From positions 7,936,001-8,000,000 of the forward strand of contig OY759599.1 in assembly GCA_963662465.1 (NCBI GenBank): 64,000 nucleotides of DNA. Direction: 5' to 3'. Below are positions 57,711-64,000 of this stretch, piece after piece. The stretch comes from Desulfatiglandales bacterium. GTDB taxonomy: Bacteria; Desulfobacterota; DSM-4660; Desulfatiglandales; Desulfatiglandaceae. The notes below the pieces were generated by a model, which worked only from the letters and a program-made list of their open reading frames with translations, ran no database searches and was not told where the DNA came from. The translations under genes and the position numbers were made by a program. The stretch's first letter is position 1. Each line of letters begins with the position of its first letter.

Positions 57711-59333
57711 TCACAGGATAAAGTTCGTTGAAAGAAATCGGGATTTGCGCTCCGTCAAAATGGCGTTGATCATCTTTCGATTGGCATCGGTCTCCTTGGC
57801 CGCCACAAGGGTCCGAATGGTGAAAACCCTCAGCGCATCCGAAACCGACAGAGTGCCTTCCGCCGAGTCTTTTCGGCCGGTGAAGGGAAACGTGTCGGGA
57901 CCCCGCTGGCACTGACTATTGATGTTGACCCGGCATACCTGATTAACCATGACGTCTATGAAGTCGGCCATGAGATCCGGGTCGCTTCCAAAAAGACTCA
58001 CCTGCTGCCCGTAGTCGGATTGCGTCACATAATCCATGGGTTCCTTGATATCCGTGAACGGGGCAATGGGGACCACCGGTCCGAACTGCTCCTCTTTGTA
58101 CAACCGCATGTCGGGACCAACGGGATACACCACTGCCGGAGACATGAAGGTGTGCGTCACCATTCCGCCGTTTTTATTCACGACCCGTGCGCCTTTGGCG
58201 AGAGCATCATCAATCAATTCAGTCAAATAGTCCGTCTTACCCGGTTCCGGCAGGGGTGTAATCCGAACCCCTTCATCCCAGGGCATTCCCCCCTTGAGTT
58301 CATGGACGGCGGCGGTGAATTTCGCGATGAAGGCATCTGCACTCTCCGCCTGGACAAAAAGCATCTTGAGGGCCGTGCAACGCTGACCATTATAAGACAG
58401 GGCGCCCAGCACACATTCCTTCACCGCATTGTCCAGGTCCGCATCCCGCAAAACAATGCCGGCATTCTTGGCTTCGAGTCCAAGGATGCAACGCAGACGA
58501 TGCGGCTTCGGATGTTGTTTTTTCAGAACGTCGGCAACCCGGCTGGTCCCAATGAATGCCAGCACATCGATTTTTCCGGACTTCATGAGAGGACCAATGA
58601 TTTCCCGACCCTCTCCGTAAACGGTGTTGACAACACCCCTGGGAAATGAATCCCGGAAAGCCTCAAGAAGGGGTTCGTGGAGAAGAACCCCCAGTTTGGG
58701 GGGCTTGAAAATCAGGGTATTGCCCATGATGAGTGCGGGAATCAGGGTCGTGAAGGTCTCATTGAGCGGGTAGTTAAACGGCCCCATACAAAGTGTCACA
58801 CCGAGGGGCGCGCGACGAATCTGACCGATCACGCCATGCTCGATGACGAAACGCGACGACACGCGATCCAGGTCTTTCAGAGCATCAATGGTATCGCTGA
58901 TGTAGTCAACGGTACGATCGAACTCCTTTTCGGCATCGGGCAGTGTCTTTCCAATCTCCCACATGAGGCGCTTGACGACCTCTTCCCGCTGCGCCTTCAT
59001 CCGGCAGGCAAATGATGCCACATGCTTTATCCGTTCCTCCACGGACAGGGTCGGCCATTCTCCCCGGCCATAATCGTAGGCCCCGCAAGCAGCATCAAGG
59101 ACCTCCAGGGCCTGAACCTCCGTCAGCAGGGGATAGCTGCCGATCCGCTTCTGCCCAACAGCACCACCCGCCGCTGTGCATATGGGACTCAGCACATCTT
59201 GTTGCGGGCCGCGCCATTCCTTGATTTCGCTATCGCAGAGGTAGCGGCGCTGTTCCATGGGGGCGCCGATCCGGTATTGATCCGGTATGGCATTATCATC
59301 GGGAAACATCGAGACAAGAATTTCATCCGTCAT
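57711..59333 (-). CDS. gapN: NADP-dependent non-phosphorylating GAPDH (ALDH family)
   Basis: GPFNYPLNET, FKPPK, FIGTS, LEAKN, GQRCTA, EEQFGP, RGPD.FPF.G. Confidence 0.85.
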   Translation of the reverse strand: MTDEILVSMFPDDNAIPDQYRIGAPMEQRRYLCDSEIKEWRGPQQDVLSPICTAAGGAVGQKRIGSYPLLTEVQALEVLDAACGAYDYGRGEWPTLSVEERIKHVASFACRMKAQREEVVKRLMWEIGKTLPDAEKEFDRTVDYISDTIDALKDLDRVSSRFVIEHGVIGQIRRAPLGVTLCMGPFNYPLNETFTTLIPALIMGNTLIFKPPKLGVLLHEPLLEAFRDSFPRGVVNTVYGEGREIIGPLMKSGKIDVLAFIGTSRVADVLKKQHPKPHRLRCILGLEAKNAGIVLRDADLDNAVKECVLGALSYNGQRCTALKMLFVQAESADAFIAKFTAAVHELKGGMPWDEGVRITPLPEPGKTDYLTELIDDALAKGARVVNKNGGMVTHTFMSPAVVYPVGPDMRLYKEEQFGPVVPIAPFTDIKEPMDYVTQSDYGQQVSLFGSDPDLMADFIDVMVNQVCRVNINSQCQRGPDTFPFTGRKDSAEGTLSVSDALRVFTIRTLVAAKETDANRKMINAILTERKSRFLSTNFIL

Positions 59334-59419
59334 TTGGGTTTCTCCATTTTGTCCAACATAAAAGTTCAGTCTTGCCTCAAAGCTTCTTTTGACGCCGCCA
59401 CCCCCTCACAATGCGCTTG

Positions 59420-59869
59420 TCAGGGGCGTTTCTTCAATTGACCGGCAACGGCTTGATTCAGCACCGCCTGAGCTTCGATAAGTTTTTCATACTTCGAGAC
59501 TATTTTATCGACATTCCGAGACAATATGGCCTTCAACAAGTCGCCTTCGATCTCAGCAACATCAATTCTGCTATAGTAATCCATGGTTTCTTTTAGATGG
59601 GCGATCACAATCTTACCCGTCAAGATGGGATGATTGTTCGTCACATTGGCATCTTCAAATCGGGTGCCGTGTTCCAGTTCCACCTCCAGACCTTTTTGAA
59701 AATCCTCCAGGGGAATCTCCATTGATTTCGTGTTGACGATATTGAGGATCATGGAGGCTTCTTCCTCCGAAACGCTCGGGTCCGTTTTCTCGGTCCAGTC
59801 ACTCAACCCGATGGCGTTGCAGACTCTTTTGACTTCTTCAATGGTTACGTATTCAGGCAGTTCCATCAT
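59420..59869 (-). CDS. DUF5661-like hypothetical protein
   Basis: F.KGLEVELEHG, NVT, GKI..AHLKE..DYY; AAGGAG RBS. Confidence 0.7.
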   Translation of the reverse strand: MMELPEYVTIEEVKRVCNAIGLSDWTEKTDPSVSEEEASMILNIVNTKSMEIPLEDFQKGLEVELEHGTRFEDANVTNNHPILTGKIVIAHLKETMDYYSRIDVAEIEGDLLKAILSRNVDKIVSKYEKLIEAQAVLNQAVAGQLKKRP

Positions 59870-59935
59870 TTTCTCCTTTCGAGGGAGGGGTTAAACAACC
59901 CTCCTGCTGTTTAATGGTTTGCTCAAAAACAGTCG

Positions 59936-61939
59936 TCATTCCACCGGCAATTGGGGTCTGGCAGCCCACTCGGTCCAACCGGCGCCGTACCATTTGACAT
60001 TCGTGTAACCCAGGAGCCGGACAAGAATAAAGTAGGTCTGGCTGGCCTGATGACCGGTGCGGCAATGGACGATAACGGGCGTATCCTTCGTGGGAATGAG
60101 CTTCCCATAGACATCCCTGAGCTCATCAACCGGTTTAAAGGCGCTGTAGGCATCGGTCTTGGCCACATCATCGGTAAAGGGACGATTGACGGCCCCGGGG
60201 ATGTGCCCCCCTCTGGCCTCCTCTTTTTTCTTGCCGGTGAAGTAGTCCGCCGGACGAACATCCAGGATGACGGTGCCCGGTTTGCCCACCGCCATCAACA
60301 TCTCTTCGGCGGTGACGGTGAAAGCATCCGGCCCTTTCGGGACAGGGTAGCGGAATGGTTCAACGGACGGAAGAACCGTATCCAAAGGCCGGTTTTCCGC
60401 CTGCCATTTGGGGAAACCGCCGCGCAAAACGGCATAACGGCCATGATTCAAGCGATCACACGCCATACCCGCCAAAGTGGCATCCTGGAGCTTGTCGGAG
60501 GAAACCATCACCACCAGGTCATCCGGGCGAATTCCCATCAACGAAAAATGTTCCGCCAACATTTCCGCGGGCAGCAGGGAAGACGGCGCCCCCCGAACCA
60601 GGCCTCTCAGACTTTCCGGGTTCAGGCTGAGGGAGCCGGGGATATGGCCGGTGTTATATTCGGGCTGAAGCCGTAGATCGAGGATCTTCAACCCTGGTTT
60701 TCCCAGATTCGCGTTCAGCCAATCTGTTTCCACCAGATCCGGCAGGGTCCGGGGGGAAAGATTCAAGGCACTTGATGAACCGGCGCCTGTGGCCGAATCG
60801 CCTGCCGGCATCTCGGGCGCCAGGAAGAAGGCCCGCCACGCATTGATTTTGCTCGTCATCTCTGGAGAAACGGGCGCTGCCCGCAATGACGCCGGTTTGA
60901 GACAGGTATTCAGGAATCCTTCCAGGCCATCGGTCAGGAAATAGACGTTGTCAAATCCCATGCGAAACAGGCTGTCCCGTGCCTGGGCCGGATGGGTCAT
61001 GCCGTTGGAATACAACACGATCAGGCCCTGATTCTTATAGGGAGCCAGGGCGCCGGGCAGATCCTCAACCGGTATGTTCACGGCGGATCGGATATGAAAT
61101 TGAGCGAATTCCCCGGGCGTGCGAATATCCACCAGCTTTATGGACTTGTCGCCGGCCAGCAGACGATCCGCCAGCTCACCGGGATCCATGTGATCCGAAC
61201 CGGCTTGCAGGCCTTCCAGCAATCCCGCCTCGTTTGCGGTGTCTGAAACAGGCGATACGGGCGCCTGATGCTGTCCCGCCACCGCAAACAAACCGAAGGC
61301 CCCCACGATGAGCACGGCGCTGAATGCCTTCAGAAACGGCGTACGCCATAACCGGCCCTCGCCGCGCCGTTTCTTTTCAATAGACTCCGATCCCCAGAAA
61401 CACCCGACCGCGATCACCGTAAAGAAAAAGGCAAAGCTCGCTTCGGAAACACCCAGACTGTCGTAGGCAAAGACAACCCCCCGGTCCCCCGCAAAGATCG
61501 GTTTCAATATCGGATACAGTTCGTTGTACAGCATGCTGCCGCCCACGACGCCCAGGAGGAAAACCAGGGCATCAATCTTCCCCGAAGCCAGACCTACGGC
61601 GCCCGTGCCGGGACACCAGCCGCTCATGACAAATCCCGCGCCGAAAATCAACCCGCCCACAATTTGCGCCGCATAGAGGGTATGCAGAAAATAGACGTTC
61701 TCAAGGGTCACAAGGCCGAATGCCTTGGCATAGCAGATGCCGAGCATGGCGACCACCACTGCCGTAAACATGACCTTCAGCACCGTCATGTCCCGAAAAT
61801 AAAAGATGCCCGCCAGACGCCGGGAACTGCCGAATCCCGCTTTTTCAAGGGCCACGCCGAAAGCGATGCCGATGAGCAGACTTGCCAGAAAAGCGGCGGG
61901 GGAATTCAGCGTTCCACTTTTAAAAAAAGTCTCAATCAT
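59936..61939 (-). CDS. YeeE/YedE membrane domain fused to three rhodanese domains
   Basis: GFGSSR, GWCPGT; rhodanese DIR/DLR/DVR motifs, GHIPG; active loop HCRTGHQA only in the last domain. Confidence 0.88.
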   Translation of the reverse strand: MIETFFKSGTLNSPAAFLASLLIGIAFGVALEKAGFGSSRRLAGIFYFRDMTVLKVMFTAVVVAMLGICYAKAFGLVTLENVYFLHTLYAAQIVGGLIFGAGFVMSGWCPGTGAVGLASGKIDALVFLLGVVGGSMLYNELYPILKPIFAGDRGVVFAYDSLGVSEASFAFFFTVIAVGCFWGSESIEKKRRGEGRLWRTPFLKAFSAVLIVGAFGLFAVAGQHQAPVSPVSDTANEAGLLEGLQAGSDHMDPGELADRLLAGDKSIKLVDIRTPGEFAQFHIRSAVNIPVEDLPGALAPYKNQGLIVLYSNGMTHPAQARDSLFRMGFDNVYFLTDGLEGFLNTCLKPASLRAAPVSPEMTSKINAWRAFFLAPEMPAGDSATGAGSSSALNLSPRTLPDLVETDWLNANLGKPGLKILDLRLQPEYNTGHIPGSLSLNPESLRGLVRGAPSSLLPAEMLAEHFSLMGIRPDDLVVMVSSDKLQDATLAGMACDRLNHGRYAVLRGGFPKWQAENRPLDTVLPSVEPFRYPVPKGPDAFTVTAEEMLMAVGKPGTVILDVRPADYFTGKKKEEARGGHIPGAVNRPFTDDVAKTDAYSAFKPVDELRDVYGKLIPTKDTPVIVHCRTGHQASQTYFILVRLLGYTNVKWYGAGWTEWAARPQLPVE

Positions 61940-62465
61940 CCCACTGCCTCCTTACAAACCAGGCGGTCAAATAACCGCCCGTAAACACGCATATGAGAAA
62001 AAGCAGGCTTCCCGTCACCAGGACCGCACCCCCGGACAGGGCTTGCCCCGAAGTGCATCCGTTTGCGAGACGACCGGCGAAGCCGACGACAACACCGCCT
62101 GCCAGCGCAAACAGAAGGCGCTTTGGGGCAGGGCATTTGGCCCCGCGTTCAATCTTTACGTCAAAACGACGGGCCAGAAACGCTGAAATCAGTCCACCGA
62201 AGAACACGCCGGCCAGCATAAAAACAAGGTAGTATTTAAGAGGCTGATCGCCCCAGCCACCGAAGTATTCGGAGGCCAGGGTCCGTGCCGGGGCAATGGA
62301 CAATTCGATGTAGGCCCCCAGACGGGCAACACCCGAGGAAGCACCCAGGCCCGCCCCCAGTATCAGATAAGAGGCTAAAAGGGTTGCTCCGAGCAGGGCT
62401 CCCGCCAGATAGGGGTTCAGGTAGGCCTTTGGATTCTTGATGCCGTGAGTCGCGTCCTCATTCAT
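61932..62465 (-). CDS. YeeE/YedE family sulfur-compound transporter subunit
   Basis: NPYLAG, GASS, RLANGCTSGQALSG. Confidence 0.88.
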   Translation of the reverse strand: MNEDATHGIKNPKAYLNPYLAGALLGATLLASYLILGAGLGASSGVARLGAYIELSIAPARTLASEYFGGWGDQPLKYYLVFMLAGVFFGGLISAFLARRFDVKIERGAKCPAPKRLLFALAGGVVVGFAGRLANGCTSGQALSGGAVLVTGSLLFLICVFTGGYLTAWFVRRQWDD

Positions 62466-62467
62466 GA

Positions 62468-64000
62468 TCAACACCCCGCGCTTTTCGTTTTAGGTCTTTC
62501 CGGCTTTTTCAAGGCGGGCTGAACCGGCACTGCGGGAACAGGCGACTGCACCGCGGGCATGCTCGGCGTACTCGGCCCAATGGGTACGGCTTTGATCGGT
62601 TCACCCATCCCCGCGACGTTCCAGTAAGCATTCAGACCACCAAAAAGGACTTTGATGGGTCTTTCCGTTTTCTGGGCCAGAATGCCGCCCGCCGCCATGG
62701 CCAGAGACCCGTCCCGGTCCACAATCACCAAGGGGCCTGCGCCGATTAAATAGAGGGGATTGCCGATCAAATCGGCCAGATCTACATTGTGTGCGCCGGG
62801 GAGGTTGTAATCCTGGAAATGCCCTGCCGGTCGAATGTCCACCAGGTCGAAGGTCCCGGGGAGATCCATGAGCATGCGTTTGAGCTGTGCCGGCTCGATC
62901 ATATCCGGCAGTTTAATCACCCTCTTGGGCTGGGCTGAAGCCACATCCCCCGGAGCTGCCGCTTGAATCACCGGCAATCCCGCCTGGATCCAGGCCTCTC
63001 CACCGCCCTCCATACTGGCCACCTTCTTAAAGCCTTTTCGCTCCAACAGACCGATGCCCATGCTGCTGCGGTAGGCCGAGTTACAGACGGTCACCACCGG
63101 CTGATCAGGGTCCAGTTTGAAGGCCAGGTCGCTCAGTTGGTTCAACGGCATATTCAAAACGTTTCCGATGCGAAGCCCCATCCATTCGTTGGGGAGTCGG
63201 ACGTCAACGATCACGGGGGCCGTATTGTCCTGCATTCGCTTGTGAAGCGCCAGGGGAGAAATGGCCTCATTCCGATACACGGGTTGCTTCGCCCGGGTCC
63301 AATCTTCAAAGGATAAAGCCCCCGTCACCTCATAGCCCACCCGGTGCAGACGCAACCGCGCTTCCTTCACTTCCTCCGGGCTGCCGCACAGAACAATGTT
63401 GCTGCCCCAGGGCGCCATAATCCCCACCCATGTCTCCAACCGACCCCTCAGGGCGATATTGACCGCATTGGGGATATGTCCGGCGGCAAAGCTTTTGGCA
63501 TCGCGGAGGTCCACCACATAATACCGGGATATATCCGAAAGAGAGGCATCCAGAGCCGGTTTTTTCGGCATGGGGGCATTCCAATCCACGAGAGGAGGTC
63601 CTTCACGGTTCATCCCGGCATTGTGCTTGAAATATTGCGGCGCCTGGGGCAGACCTTCCAGCACGCTCGTAATGAAATCGTTTCGACCCTTATGCTGAAG
63701 GTAGGGATTGGTAACCCTTTCCGTACCGATGGTGGAGGACGGCTCGTCCCGCAGGTGAGCCCCACAAAGGGATCCGGCCCCGTGACCGGGCAGCACGACA
63801 ACCCCATCGTCCAGCTTGGATAGCTTGTTCGTCCAGGTGTCGTAACCCATGCCCGCCAGCGTTGCGGCGGCCATGGCCCCACCCATGAGATCCGGTCGCC
63901 CGATGGAACCCACAAACAGGGTATCCCCGGTCAAAATGGCCCTGGGCGTCGCCTTGTCATCCTTGCCGAAAACCAGCGCGCACATGCCGTCGGGCGTGTG
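62468..64000 (-). CDS. MBL-fold hydrolase (persulfide dioxygenase-like) fused to three rhodanese domains; 5-prime end outside the window
   Basis: TGDTLFVGSIGRPDL, PGHGAGSLCG; rhodanese VCNSAYRS; Pro-rich tail ending KSAGC. Confidence 0.88.
   Translation of the reverse strand, partial: HTPDGMCALVFGKDDKATPRAILTGDTLFVGSIGRPDLMGGAMAAATLAGMGYDTWTNKLSKLDDGVVVLPGHGAGSLCGAHLRDEPSSTIGTERVTNPYLQHKGRNDFITSVLEGLPQAPQYFKHNAGMNREGPPLVDWNAPMPKKPALDASLSDISRYYVVDLRDAKSFAAGHIPNAVNIALRGRLETWVGIMAPWGSNIVLCGSPEEVKEARLRLHRVGYEVTGALSFEDWTRAKQPVYRNEAISPLALHKRMQDNTAPVIVDVRLPNEWMGLRIGNVLNMPLNQLSDLAFKLDPDQPVVTVCNSAYRSSMGIGLLERKGFKKVASMEGGGEAWIQAGLPVIQAAAPGDVASAQPKRVIKLPDMIEPAQLKRMLMDLPGTFDLVDIRPAGHFQDYNLPGAHNVDLADLIGNPLYLIGAGPLVIVDRDGSLAMAAGGILAQKTERPIKVLFGGLNAYWNVAGMGEPIKAVPIGPSTPSMPAVQSPVPAVPVQPALKKPERPKTKSAGC

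Overview
A 64-kb chromosomal window from an anaerobic Deltaproteobacterium (Desulfobacterota-like; inferred from gene content). In order: two secreted proteins sharing a gap-free ~125-aa C-terminal domain; a GAF-PilB/GspE ATPase, V4R-GAF histidine kinase and NtrC operon; an Arg/Lys/Orn decarboxylase plus antiporter; tatD and maf; two type II toxin-antitoxin modules, each bracketed by direct repeats; a class II (tungsten) benzoyl-CoA reductase operon bamBCDEF in which bamE and bamF each carry an in-frame UGA at a Cys-motif position followed by a SECIS-like hairpin; an oleA-oleC-oleD cluster without oleB; a two-gene sufCB; an S1 paralog; a decaying island (cooS-cooF-FNOR pseudogenes, truncated integron integrase with attI, one intact cassette with attC, NERD and IS remnants); a TetR-controlled MMPL/LolA-like/outer-membrane barrel operon with two matching operators; gapN; and an MBL-rhodanese/YeeE sulfur-handling operon running off the right edge. 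A small hairpin repeat with a CTTAAAA tail occurs three times. No rRNA, tRNA or CRISPR array was seen. All family calls come from visual motif recognition; no database searches were run.
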